A stretch of 64,000 nucleotides of DNA from positions 51,336,001 to 51,400,000 of the forward strand of contig NC_043012.1 of assembly GCF_006345805.1 (NCBI RefSeq), given 5' to 3'. Shown in pieces: positions 44,041 to 58,175 of this stretch (the first letter of the stretch is position 1; every line of letters begins with the position of its first letter). Made by a program: the position numbers and the translations under genes. The notes beneath the pieces are model-generated. The model was not told the origin of the DNA and searched no databases. It worked only from the letters and a program-made list of their open reading frames with translations. Source of the stretch: Octopus sinensis. Lineage: Eukaryota.

Positions 44041-45375
44041 ATTTTTGCGAGTGATATAATACTAATAGTTATACATTCGTTACTAAGAGTTATATATTAT
44101 ATTCTGTTGTACTATATTTTGTGCTGTATGTCATTATAGTAAATGCTTACTTGTCAAATTACAGATGAGTAATATGGAATCAGTAACAATATTTAAGACA
44201 CCCAGCTTTTCTTTCCATTTTTAACAAAATAGCTATTAATACTCCAGGTAATTCGTAAGACTTGGTCCTCAATGTAAGCCTTGTGAGTGTTGTTTATTAA
44301 GAGGTACATTCATCCGGCGCATTATTATTTGAATTTAACTCCTATCGAGGCAACTTTGTCTTTCAGCCTTTCAGAAGAAAAATAAAGCATTAGCTATATA
44401 CTAGTTTCAATATAACATATTTTGCATTCTCTTCGAAATTGCTGGCTATGTGCCAAAACTAAAGAAATAATTATGAGGTACATTGTCAACAGTGCAGTAC
44501 CTTCTTTGATCTATGGATGGGCAGCCATTAATATGAAGGCAAATTGCAATAACTATCCAAACATAAGCTTCATAATCTTTTCAGAGAATACCTATTTGTT
44601 TTTCGACGTGTAAGGTAAACTGTTTAAAGATTTTTGTATTAAAATACACATCTTCTAAATCTCAATATATGTTACACATATTTCGTTGAAGTCAGAATGT
44701 TAGTAACGCAAATTCTGTTATTCCGGTCACACATTGCATTTATAGAATGTGGATACGATGCGTTCAGAAACCGATTTTACCATGTAAATAGATGAAGCTG
44801 TTATTCACTATGAATTGATAGATGTTAATATAAAACTTGATTGTACACGTACTCTGAGCTGGGTGGGGGCAAGGTAATAATGAATTTTCTCCAGGTGATT
44901 TCCATGTCTGCCACATGATCTATTTTGTTACAATGACATTTGCAACACACATTATCGTTAAAGAATAAGAATATATATTGCTAATACACAGAGAATAAAA
45001 GTATTTCACCTTTTTAACGAGATCAAACAACTTGCTAAAAGATAACTGCCTCATATAATATCAGAAGACCTGATATGTGTAATCAGTGTAAATTTTAAAT
45101 AGGAATTTTGAATAGTTGTAAATTACCCTTATAACATAGGGGACAATTATGATTGCAGTTGCACACTAATAACTATCATTTCTAGAGACACAGAAAAATC
45201 GGCCATTGTTTCTTAAAACTACACCTTTGTAACTGACCTCTATATATCTATCGATAGATCTTCCTCTAATATATAGGTACAGAAATTCGCTTTCACATAA
45301 ACATACACACACACACACATACATGAACATACACACTTACAGTTATACATCCATACATATATATGTATATGCATG

Positions 45376-45428
<53 letters not shown>

Positions 45429-46358
45429 ATAAAATGTTGACTGTCCACTTTTCGTGTGCAGTCCTTAATTGGTATATATATATATATTTATATATGTACA
45501 TAAGATGCATTTTTAGTTACCGTCGACCAAATCCAGTCACAGGGATTTGTTCGGTGACGACTATGGTGGAAGTTACTTGCTCAGCAGTGAAATCGATCCC
45601 ACGTTCATGTTGTTCGGAAACAAGGGTTTACTACACACCGATTTAAATTTGAGGGATTTGGATGCCACACGTTTCATGTTACGTGATCCTAAATATTGTC
45701 TGTTATCTGTCCTTGGTTTACGTGACCTTTCAGAAAAGGTGCTGAATCTGCTTGAAACACATGTTGTGTTTCACTGCATCCGTCACCCACCGAGGGCTTA
45801 ACAACTCTCTTCCTCATCCTCATTTTTATTCAACTTGCTAAAACCAGAAAAAGGTTATATTAGTGAGGAGTATTAAACTTGTTAATTAATCACTAGGGAG
45901 TCATCAAACTATTTTCTGTATCTTTGCAGACGTGAATTGACCTCTTCTAAATACATACGCCTTGTACCTAATGTCCTCGTGCATCACAGTTTTGATAGTA
46001 CACTCTAACACCTGACGCTATAAGGTGATAACCCTTTGATTTTTCGGGATCATTATGGTGGATGTATTGAACTCATTGGATGAATTGCGACATTACAATG
46101 TCCAAACGTTTAGAAAATTATTTCTTATTCTCTTTGATACAGTGAAAACATTTTCGCCTGATGATTCCACCGCCATCCAAAATTTAAATACAAAATCTTA
46201 CAAGATTCAGACATTTGACAAGTGTGGCAATAATGTCATCTCATTTGTTGCGTTAGAATTTTATCTGTAATAGGTTATCTGAAAGAAATTAAAAAAACTA
46301 CTTATTGTAACAGGAGATTAAAATACTGATAGCCAATCACTCTCACGTATCCCTCGCA

Positions 46359-46448
<90 letters not shown>

Positions 46449-48249
46449 CTATATATGTATATATATATATATTATATATATATATATATACATATATATA
46501 CATATATACAATCATACATACATATATATCATACATATGCATATGTGCGTATGTGCATTAATTTTTTTCTCCCTGCTCCTTTATTACAATAGATTTTAAC
46601 CCTTGGATTTCATCTCAGTATGCAACCAGTATTAGGTTTTACTTATTAAAACCTTTTTCAGTGACACATCTTTGTGAAATGGTTTTAAATGTTCTGTTTG
46701 GAGCAAAATCTTTTATAATGTGTCCAGAAGTTACCTAATCAATGCTTGCTTAACTCATAAGATTTGTTAATGAAATGCAAATTCAATGGAATGTTACGTT
46801 AAACATTTTCTTTTTATAGCATCTTCCTATTCGGCTCCTGCTTTTGCCTTCCTTTTTGTTTTGCATTAGCGCTTATTTTTAATTATTTATATATTTATTA
46901 TTTTTTCCTTGTATTTTATACTATGTTGACATTGCATGGTTGATGTAGTGTAACCGCGTACTTCAAATATATACACGTAGAAAACCTACCACATTGGCGT
47001 TGTTGCATCTAAACGAAACCGCCATGTTAGCAAACAATCCATGCCATGCTAAATAATTTTGTTGTTTTCTCTACCTACTCTTTCAGTATATACACAGTTG
47101 ACAAGACAGGCTCTACCGTCTTCATAAATACATTGCCTTCCGATACTATTTGTGTTCCATTGGTAAGATTTTATTGATTTCCAGAGTATTAACCACCGTA
47201 TTTTACAGTGAAGATATAAGTGTTTGTATGCAGCTCGCAAACAGTGTACATTGTTTTCACGGTCACTGGTGGTTTACTTTTACAGAAGCAATATTGCTTT
47301 CTCTCTAGTAATCATTCAGATGGTAAGGCTACTCTGTTTACTCACTCATGAATGGATGTTGACTGAAATTTATGAACACTGGTTCAGTAGTTCAAGCAGT
47401 AATTTTGGGGACGCATTCTAGAAGCGTCCATCCATATTGTGTTGCTGAATTCTTACAAGAAATTTTGAGCTATACTTGCAGTTTATTGCATTTTTCTCAA
47501 CTCACAATTTTTTCATTGCAGAGATGAATCTATGTTCCATTATTTCTTCAGGAATAATTTAATATTCTATCGGGTTGACGTATTTGTTTTAACTTACCTT
47601 ACTTTTTTCTGTTCCATCTGAATTCTTGTGTTTACCTGTTGAAAATTGTCCCTTGCAAACAGTAATTTTGCACTCATCTATTTTTCTATTGTTGTTCTCT
47701 ACAGATTGACCTGGAATTTGACTGTAAGAAGCGGTTCTTATTGCTAAGTTTCTGTTAGAGATGTGGTTAGTACGGAGTTCGTTCCTTTCTATGTTAAGTT
47801 GTTTCTAAACTATTTTCCAATCCGCCATTATATGTGATAATTGAATTTTATCTTTGGATGTTTTTAGTAGTTTTACTGTAATATCTTATTTTATCTGTCT
47901 TTCTTCGTCTGTTTGTCAGACTAGGTATGTTCCTAATGCGTCGTGAGTTCGTTTATTGTTAATACAACCAAATTAGTAATGATTTTATTCATTTTCACGA
48001 ACTTTTAGCTTTGTACGTGGTGAATAACATTGTGTTTCGCGGATTCGTTCATTCTTCATTTTTATTTTTAATCTACATCGTTTTTGATGTAATTTTTCTG
48101 TCATTTTATTATATATTATAATAGAATTAATGTTGAGAAAACGACTATGATCACGGTCTTCTCAGGTACTGCGGTCAATATCATCGTCTTACCCCTCCAC
48201 ATAAATTTCAGGCTTTGTGCCTATTGTAGCAAGGGTTATTATTATTATT

Positions 48250-48410
48250 CTGTGAGAAAGAAGCGCAAGCCAACAAAGTAACACTGGGGTACAAATATAC
48301 GAAGCCATCTATACCCATCATGAATACCCGTATGATAAGGGTACACCTGGCACATGCATCACAACCATATGTTCGGGACATAGTGATTTCATATCAAGAT
48401 AAACAGCGCA
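48250..48410 (-). mobile_element. Truncated copy of the 540-bp (AAT)n-associated element
   Basis: aaagtaacactggggta..tacccatcatga..ataagggtacacc.ggcacatgcatcacaaccatatg is the reverse complement of the distal 160 bp of copies 1 and 2. Confidence 0.8.
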
Positions 48411-48414
48411 GGGT

Positions 48415-48620
48415 CGAGCTGGCAGAATCGTTAACGCTTCAAGAAAACGCTTCCCTTAATTTTATCTGTCTTTACTTTCTGAGATTAAATTACAGCGATG
48501 TCGACTTTGCTTCTCCGCCTTTCACGGTCGATAAAGTAAGGAACGTTTGGTCACTGGGATCCCTGTAACCGACTTAATCCCACCTCCGAAATTACTGGCC
48601 TTGCGCCAAACTTTAGAACC
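48415..48620 (+). mobile_element. SINE family B, diverged
   Basis: cgagctggcagaatcgtta..gtcgactttgc..ggtcgataaa..gacttaatccc. Confidence 0.7.
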
Positions 48621-49026
48621 ACTATTATTGCGATTATGCTACTAAACAAAATGATGACGCGAAATATTTTGATATTAATAATTATGAATTTAGAGAATAA
48701 ACTCCGTGATGTACGTCAATAATTACCCATGTAAATCAGTCAAGTATAATGAGCATGACTCTTCATGCACTTTGTATGAAAGATATATAGCTATGATATC
48801 AATCAGCAAATAATGCCTACATTTTTTGTCGTTTATATTTTAGGTTTACAAAAAAAAAAGGAACAGAATTTGTAATTAATTTTCTACGTATTTGGTTCCC
48901 TGATTCATTTACTACCTGACAAGAAATGGCGTGCGTAATTAATCAGCTTAATTAAACACTAATTAAATATATTTGATATACTATGTCCCAAATATATTAT
49001 AGAGTCTATAAGAATGAATACGTAAT

Positions 49027-49073
<47 letters not shown>

Positions 49074-49463
49074 TGTGTGTGCATCTTTATGTATGTTTGT
49101 ATGCATGTATGAATGCATAAATATCAATACACACTTATATATAGTTTGGGGATTAATTATTTGTATTATTTATCCCTGCATTAATATTTTGTTAGTGACT
49201 TTAGAAGGTCAAAGCACTCAACTACAGTCACCCAATCTTTCATTAATTAAACAGATGACTAAAAGAACAACCGGGATGTTGATATTTTTATTATCAATAT
49301 TGTTATGTTTGTTAATATTCTTAATGCTATTCTAAGAATTAATAATAATTATAATTAAAACCTTATGTTAATTATCCTTGTTATTCTTAGACTTATGTTA
49401 TTATAAAAAAATTTATAAAAACCCTGATAATTTTTATTTTTCTGAAAGTAATATAACGGAGAT

Positions 49464-49504
<41 letters not shown>

Positions 49505-49929
49505 TGTTGTAGTAGTAAGGAGGGAAGGAAGGAAATAAGTAATATATTTAATACTAAATTTAGTTCTAAGTAATTAAGGTTTTAATTAAACACTAATTCT
49601 AAATAATTTTCACAAAATATATACCGAATATGGTTTACTATTCCACATTATATATGTCTATATGTGTGCACCTTTATATACTACTTTATATCCGCTGCTG
49701 TTGCTACTGCTGGTGCTGTTGCTGTTTGTTTGCTTGTTTGCGTGTTGAGCGAAGCGGTTTTCGTCCCAGGGCTCGAAAGATCGCGCCTCAGGATTGTCTG
49801 TAGAAGTCCGAAACGTGGTCCTTTGCTATTCGTAAGACTCGCAGAAGAGAAAGCAGGTCAACCCCCAACACCGAGAGCATCGACGGATGGATGAATGCGT
49901 ATTCAGGCTCAGCAGTTGCATAGGAAGTC

Positions 49930-50130
49930 GAGGATAAGAAACAGGAAGAAAGAGTGAGAGAAAGTTGGAGAGAAAGAGTACAACAGGGGTCGCTACCACC
50001 CCCTACCGGAGTGTCGTGGAGCTTTAGGTGTTTTCGCTCAATAATCACACACAACGCCCGGACTGGGAATCGAAACCGCGATCCTCCGACCACAAGTCTG
50101 CTGCCCTAACCATTGGGCCATTGCGCCACC
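49930..50130 (-). mobile_element. tRNA-derived SINE (family D)
   Basis: Minus head ggcgcaatggcccaatggttagggcagcagact..ggtttcgattcccagtccgggcg with A-box and B-box-like motifs. Confidence 0.8.
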
Positions 50131-50416
50131 ACTGCTGTTGCTACTGATGCCCCTGCTATTATTAAAGGTGGTGAATTGACAGATGTTGCCGTGCTTCAGG
50201 TTCGGTGTTCCAAAATATCCTGTGGTATACATTATATCGTTTTGCGTCCTTGTTTCAAGTCATGATATCAATTAAAACTATTTATACCAGGTTGATAAAA
50301 CATAGTACCCGATATTGGCACAAATATTGGAGTGAATACTATCGACAATACTCCTTCTTCTAAAATTAACTGGGCTTGTACCTTGATCAAAACCCATTAA
50401 TATTATTATCATTCTT

Positions 50417-50864
50417 ATTGAGGGAGAGAGCTACGCATGCCTTCAAAGTAACACCAGATAGAGTCATGGTAACCTCATATCAAAGAAACAGCGCATGACT
50501 TTGCAGGTGAGGCTTGTTAGGATTTTCTCCACGTCGATTTGCCCATCTCACTCAAAAGATTTCTGGTTAAAAGCTTTTTAAGCATAATGAACGAAACCCC
50601 CATGTTCCCCGTGGTGAATTATTCAAATTCCAAATAATTCCTCTCAAAATTTGGCTATGATGTTCCCACTCTACTCCTCCTTGTGATCAGCGATGCATAT
50701 ATCGTCAACCACTAAGGATCATCCTCAACTGGTAAAGGTCAAACAACTGACAAACAAATGGTATTGAATAAAATATTTGTTGTAACCCATCTTTTACTCC
50801 AAGATAAAACATGCGTGTGATAACACTCCCAGCCAGTTGAGATCAGCATCCCTGAGAGACACTA
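50417..50864 (-). mobile_element. Old, internally deleted copy of the 540-bp (AAT)n-associated element
   Basis: Reverse-complement homology to 3286-3829 (e.g. ggtcaaacaactgaca, cccatctttta.ccaagat), abutting (ATT)n. Confidence 0.75.
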
Positions 50865-51039
50865 ACATCAGTTGAAGGAAATCTACTGCAACAACAACGT
50901 TTACGAAGGCAGAAGCGTCATCACAGACTACGGTAGTACCTGTAATAGGACAGCAGCTGTAACTACAGTAGCACAGTAGCAATAGTGGTATCGAAAGTCG
51001 TAGCAACATCTGCTTCTATAACATTAAAGTCAAATAATG

Positions 51040-51720
51040 GAGCAGTGGATGCAGCGACTAAACAACCGCGCCAGAAGAACATTCACTAGCGGCACCATTA
51101 GTAAGGTTTACTTTGCTCAAGTATCTTCCACAAATGAGCTATAAACTTTCCACCTGGGGGGCATGTGAACCAAAGTGGTGAACGCTGCTTAATTTTTAAA
51201 AAGTTGAAGGGGAAATGCAGTTTCCCTCCACCAATGAAGATTTACTTACAAAGCTAGAAAGGCAGAAATTGATTTCTCTGTGTGATTAAAAGTTCGTTGT
51301 GTAGAGAGTACTACAAACACACAATCCCTTAGTGGCATAGGGCAATATAGAGTCCATCACATTTCAAAAATAAATTATTACCTGCCGCAGTGATGACTTC
51401 ATTCACTTTACCAAATAAAAACGAGGAGAGAGACAAACAGCATGATGGATCCCACCAAACATTTGTCTCTTTGGACAGTCTATCTATTTTTAAAGACCAG
51501 TTACGTTTGCTGGATATCGAGAACCCGAAATAGGAAAAGAAGTTTAGGTCGATATTAAAGATTGTTTTTAAATAAACAATCCTGAGCATTTGGAAAAGTG
51601 CAAGAACTTATCACCAGGTCCAATTGGGTGGATTTGCGAGTAAATGCGGGGGAAAATCCCCTGTGAAGAAAATATTGGTTATCAGAGAGCCTTCTGCTTA
51701 CACAACCAAAACAAGAAATG
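51040..51720 (+). mobile_element. Decayed CR1/L2-like LINE RT relic
   Basis: Fragmentary frames GACEPKW*TLLNF*K..EDLLTKL resemble GE..VV.LD.SKAFD.VWH..LL.KL; many stops. Confidence 0.4.
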
Positions 51721-51789
51721 CTGCAAGTGCCATCGCTTTACAAACAAATAGGTGCAAATGTTAAGTAGTTGCAGTAACAACAAAGAACA

Positions 51790-52017
51790 TATTGGGTTGG
51801 TGCATAATTAATGCGGCTTTTTTTTTCAACAAATTTATTCAACAAAAACATCTTAAATGACGGTCTGACCGTCTGTAAAGCAAATGGGAAGCAGTTATTG
51901 AAGTTGATGGGGAATATGCTCCGGAATAATCATTTAAAGATGTTTATTGTTACATATTGATTTTGTTGAATAAAATTTGTTATAAAAAAGCCACAATAAT
52001 TATGCAGCATCCCAATA
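51790..52017 (+). mobile_element. Mariner-derived MITE
   Basis: TIRs tattgggttggtgcataattaatgcggctttttt and aaaaaagccacaataattatgcagcatcccaata; the interior encodes a KWEAVIEVDGEYAPE* transposase end. Confidence 0.85.
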
Positions 52018-52974
52018 ATAAGGAGCAACAATAACAACATCAATATCGATATGAATATTAGCAGCTACAACAAAGCACAGCGGAGAAACTGCAGTCGTAA
52101 CCGTAAACTTCAAAATAACAACTTCAACATCCAAGGAGTCAGTAGGTACACGTGCAATGGCAGAAAATATAAACGATTGCAACATAAAAAATCACTGTCC
52201 GGAGGATATCAAAACCTATCACTCCCTCTCTCTTCACTGTCCTTTCCAGTATGGATGCATCAACATAGATGATCATACATAAGAAAAACATATCTGTTCT
52301 CATACAGTTCTGTATTTAAGACTTTTAGATCTAGTAGGCACTATGAACTCCATTTCTGTTTCACGTTTGAAATGTTTGGATATGCTGGATATAGGGCACT
52401 AGACTACGAGGCTTTTCTGTTTTCGTCGGAGTATTCCAATCCGATAATCCTTTGTGATGAAGCATGGATAGGCAAGAAATGTTAGAATATAGAAAAATTA
52501 GGAATGAAAATGACAAAATACAAACGGCATCTATTCCACTTCGACATCAAATACTATCAGATACACAACAACAAACAAATAATAGCTGTAGCAACAAGGA
52601 AACATAAAAATAATAAGATAAACCGACCGACAATAACACTAAACCGGCAAGAACTAAAACAATAATAATATCTAAACAAGCAATTACACTCACAAAACAG
52701 TTCTCTCAAGTTGTGTTACGATGAAAGGTATATATAGATCTCTTCTCTTATATGGCAAAAAGTGGAGAAATAGAGTCTGAAGCTTTCAAAAATTAGAGCA
52801 CAACTCACTAATGGCACCAACACTTGAGCATGCCAATCGACACGTATAGAACAGCGAGAGAGAGAGGATTTTAGCAAGACGATGGAATCACTAGTATTAT
52901 ACCAGTGAGCAGTGTACTTCAGGGATTCTTAATGAACATCATGCAGAGGTGTTTTCATACTACAAGTTAAAGTG

Positions 52975-53190
52975 AGCAGCATTCTCTTATGTTCTGAGAT
53001 TTGTTTACATAAATGCACATGGCATGTAGTCAACTTGGATGGAAGACATCGCAAAATAATCTGAGGTCACTTGCTATGGATCTCATAGCTATCAGCGAGA
53101 AAAGATTCCTGACGCATTATTGGCATGCATTATGGAGGTCTCTCTCAGCCGACTTGGAATGAGTGGGAGGGACTTCTGATATAGTTTCAA
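52975..53190 (+). mobile_element. Possible L1/Tx1-like LINE APE endonuclease start relic
   Basis: LRFVYINAHGM followed in another frame by NNLRSLAMDLIAISE, resembling the N.RG..D....ISET start of APE domains. Confidence 0.45.
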
Positions 53191-53825
53191 AAATACATAA
53201 ATACATACATGCATATATATACATACAGAGAAACCTTAGATATGCTCCGTTGAGTTGACCTAAGTGATAACTCAGTAGTTCTGAATATGAACGGTAAATG
53301 CCTTACTATCAGTAGCGTTCGCCCCATCAGGAGAAATGTAGGCACATTTGTTCAGATGCCTGCGATCTTTTCCAAAACCACTTCTCGATATTTAGATCTC
53401 GTTGACATTATGAACCCCATTTCTGTTTCAGGCTTGAAATGTTTGGATACACTGGATATATAGCGCACTGGACTGTGGAGCTTAAATCCCCGCAATTCTT
53501 CTTAGATTCTCTCAAAGACACTTCAAGAATTCCCCGACGCGAAGAAACAATGTTGCGTAGTTAGAGATGGGGCGAATGCCCGCACAAAGAATACCATTCG
53601 ATGGACCAAGTATATCGTGTCGCCGCGATGCATCATTCATTCATACATTTTTTCATACATACATATATACATACATGCATACACACAGACACACACACAC
53701 ACACAATTGCACTTAGATACATACATACATATATATACACATATATACAAACATATATATGTACATATGTATATATATATATATATATATACACATTGTA
53801 TATATGAATATACATATGCATTGTA

Positions 53826-53867
<42 letters not shown>

Positions 53868-53929
53868 GAGAGAGAGAGATAAACTTATATATTTAAATAA
53901 TTATATTCTTTTATCCTTTATTTCTGTTA

Positions 53930-54400
53930 CACTTTACACTCATTTGACTGCAGCCATGCTGGAGCACCACCTTCTGTTAAGCACATCGCCCCCAGGATTT
54001 ATTCTTTGTAAGCCTAGTATGTATTGTATCGGCTCCTATTGCCGAACCACTAGGTTACGACGGCGTAAACACAAAATCATCGATTGCCAAGTGATAGTGG
54101 AGGACAGACACATACATCCTTATATATATATATATATATACATACATCATATATATATATATATATATATATAAATATATATATATATACATCATGCTTC
54201 TTTCAATTTCCACTCACAAGGTTTAGCCAGCCCGAAGCCGGCCCTTTGAAATACAGGTATTACTCATTTTCGCCAGCTTAGTGGATTGGAGTAACGTGAA
54301 ATAAAGTATCTTACTGAAGAACACAACGCGTCACCGGGAAGTGAACTGACGACCTTACGATCGTGACCCGAAAGCCGTAACCACTAAGCCACGCGCTTTC
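53930..54400 (-). mobile_element. Composite SINE: family A tail and (TA)n joined to a family C-like head
   Basis: catttgactgcagccatgctggagcacc..ttattctttgtaagcctag, then gtgaaataaagtatctt..gaacacaacgc..taaccactaagccacgcgc. Confidence 0.75.
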
Positions 54401-54986
54401 CACACACATGTGTGTGTGTGTGTGTCTTTGCATATGTGTGTGTGTGTGAGTGTGTGTAGGTGCGTGCGTCATTACTTAGGTTATAACTCTGAATGGTGCA
54501 TACGTATATTTCAATTTGTATATGTGTATAACCCGTCCATTACGAGCAAAGGATTTTTCTTCTTTTTGTTTCTGTTATATTTATATATAATCTACACTTT
54601 TTTTTCTCATTGCACTTTAACATCGCCTTTACCTGCTTCTCTCCCTTCCATCAGATAGGCTCCTACTACACGCAGATAGATATATAATATCTATTATTCC
54701 TTGTTCGTGTTTCTCACACTCTATATTTTTTTCATGTATGATCGTCGCAATTTCACCCAACTTGTTTCATTCTCTGTCACTGAGCTTGATCTACCCTAGC
54801 TTATTTCTGCGTTTCCGCTGTTTTAAATGTTTTATTCTTCGACTCAAATTTTTATTTATTTATTTTTTCATTTACCCTATTCTTTCTTTCTCTTACTTTC
54901 CATTTTCCCGTGGAATCATTCGTGTATACTATGTATGTGCATTTACAGATATATACATATAAATATACACACATATATGCACACAA

Positions 54987-55080
<94 letters not shown>

Positions 55081-55176
55081 GTGTATGTGTTTGTGTGTAA
55101 ATATATATATATATATAGAGAGAGAGACAGATAGACAGAAATAGAGAGAGACAAATATATTTATATATATGTATTT

Positions 55177-55208
<32 letters not shown>

Positions 55209-56173
55209 TTGTATAAATATATATGCATACATACACATACGCATATATACATATACATACACGCACACAGACACACACACATATATATACATACATACAT
55301 ACATACATAGAGATGGGCAGGATGTAATACCCTTCATGTATGTCCTGTCTCATGATATATATATTACACACATTCATATGTACGAACATGTATATGTGTC
55401 TGTTCCTATTGTGTGGCACGTGGCAGAATGCACATAGTTCCGTGAAACAATATTAGTGGAGATATATGTTATTACTCCCCAATCTGTCAATTTAAAGAGA
55501 CATTTCATCATAATGCTGTGTCGATATACCCTCGTTTTCCTTTGCATGGCATTTCCTTCTTTTTTTTTCCCGTTTAAATTAGTTCGAGTAAAATAACCAA
55601 TGTCTGATCCAGGTAATTCCCAATTCGAAGTGGTCACGCACCCGGGAATTTCCTGAAAATCCCCTTCAGTGTAGACATTGATCCCTTTCTCAGTCGCACA
55701 TTGAATTTGTTTAGGGCAGTTAGATTTTTTCTGTGACTTCTTATGTATGATAGAAATGATTCCACAGTAACATGCTAAATCATGCATATATAACACACAT
55801 CATCCCATTTCTCAGCATCTTTTTCCTAGAATTCATAAATCAGTTTTGATGAAATTAAATATTACGAGTTGGTTTCGTCATGTTTAATGCAAATAATCCA
55901 GAGTATATAACTCTTCTATTTGGTCAGTATCCAGCTATTCCCACTCTCTAGAATATAGAAAATCCACCGTCAGTTAGTTGCATTCAGTAAGCAAATATAT
56001 AAAAGTGATGTTAGTGGATGTTTCGCGTTTTATTGTAAAGTGTAATTCAAGGATTGGGAGTAAGTCTAAAACTGGTCACAGCTTGCATTTGTACAATGTG
56101 TAATTCTGCTGATGAGAACGAAAACCGAACCTCTGTTCCTGAAACCGCTTCCCGTCAGATCCCAAACACTTTG

Positions 56174-56207
<34 letters not shown>

Positions 56208-56228
56208 ATATATAATATATATATATAT

Positions 56229-56259
<31 letters not shown>

Positions 56260-57882
56260 AGAGAAATATAGATATATAAATATATACATACATATATACA
56301 TGCATACATACAAATGTATATATAAACAAATATAAAAGTAAATGTACATGCATCCATGTGTGTGTTTGTTTCTGTGTGAATGTGTGTGTGTATATATACA
56401 TATATATGTATACAGACTCTAAAACTTTGTATTGGTGTGATTGACCAAATTGATAAAATGCCCACAGTAGGAGGACAAAAAATAGTATCTTTTTAGTGAA
56501 GCATTGTTTTGATTCTTCCGCTACCAAATATACATGTCACTGAGATCAAACAAGACTCAGAAAGACAGTGTACACCTGCTCATATGCTAAACTCACAGTA
56601 TTTGCGAATGTCAAATATAAATGTCAACATTGAAATTTAGTAATGGTTCATTAGAATAATTCTAATTGATATAGAAGACGGTGTCAGCATGGCTGTAGTT
56701 CCGTGAATGAAGTAAAACATAAAAGATAAATAAATGCAAATTCTTAGCTCCAGTTATCTCAATTATATTCGAAGCTTCAGTTACTGGATTTGGAGTGCAG
56801 AAAAACGTATTTTCAGCTTCTTCGTTTGAGATTGATGAAATGATTTACATACCACTGAGGAGATCCCAATAAGTATCGAAAATAAGTTAAGGCTTTTTGT
56901 CAGTCTTTTTTTTTAATCTACCAGAAAATAGTTGTTTGGCCTTTCGTCATCTTTGTATGTATACTACGTTTTGATTTGGCTAATATATGTGCACGCGCGC
57001 GTGTGTGTACACACGCATGCGTACATCTATATTTATGTCTTTCTGCGTAAAAGTAGATATATAGTTATATGTGTATGTGCTGTTTATTTTATGGATACAG
57101 CATTGTTTAATTTAGAGATAACACGTTTGAAAGAGAAAATGTTCTCTTTATACACATACATCTGTACACATACATATTTGCACATAGCTGCTTAACCGTG
57201 TGTATTTTGTAGGCCTATGCTTGGTGTCACCGACTTAAATTTCACTGAGATTGTCTCCGTATTCCGTATAACAATGCAAATTTGAAATGTCAGAAACTTT
57301 ATTTTTAAGCTATAATATTATATTATAGCGCATACTTAATAGAATATATCCACATATCTCAAATGACATTTTTTCAGATAAATATTCGGGAAAAATATGG
57401 ACCTCAAAATTAGCTTCTGAAACCTATATGAAACCTTTCTCAGGAATCAGTTATTACCCTCCCCTCTTTCCCCAGCCTTAAACCTCTCTCGCTGTTTGTC
57501 TCTTTCTCTCTCTCTCTCAATCTAGTCCCGCTTAATTTTTAGTTCCCTTCATTAAATCTGATACAGAGATAACAATAAGCATACATATATTCCTGCATAC
57601 ACGGGCATGTATGATACATATACACACATACGCACGGAGTGTGTGTGTGCGCGCGCGCATGTTTGTCTGTCTGTGACTATAACTTTATGCCTCTCTTTCT
57701 CAGTCTATCACATTAAAGTATATTCGTCTTTACATGTTAATCCAATACATACACACACACACACACACAAACACACACACGTGTGCGTATAAATATAGAT
57801 AGATAGATAGAGACCAAAGTGTACGTACGCCGCTATATATATATAATACAAAGGGGGACAAGAACGCAAAACATCCGGACAT

Positions 57883-57921
<39 letters not shown>

Positions 57922-57964
57922 TATAAATAGATAGATAGGTAGATATATAGCTAGATGGATAGGT

Positions 57965-58046
<82 letters not shown>

Positions 58047-58142
58047 TATATACATATGTATATATATTCATATGTACATATATATATATACGGATATAGA
58101 AATACGCATAAGGATATTTCTATGTGAGTATGTATAGCTATT

Positions 58143-58175
<33 letters not shown>

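Noticed and set aside
49785-49825. CTCAGGA..GAAACGTG as a hammerhead
   Set aside because: The core is mutated and no stem I or valid NUH triplet could be formed; the same applies to the CTGAAGA near 60055.
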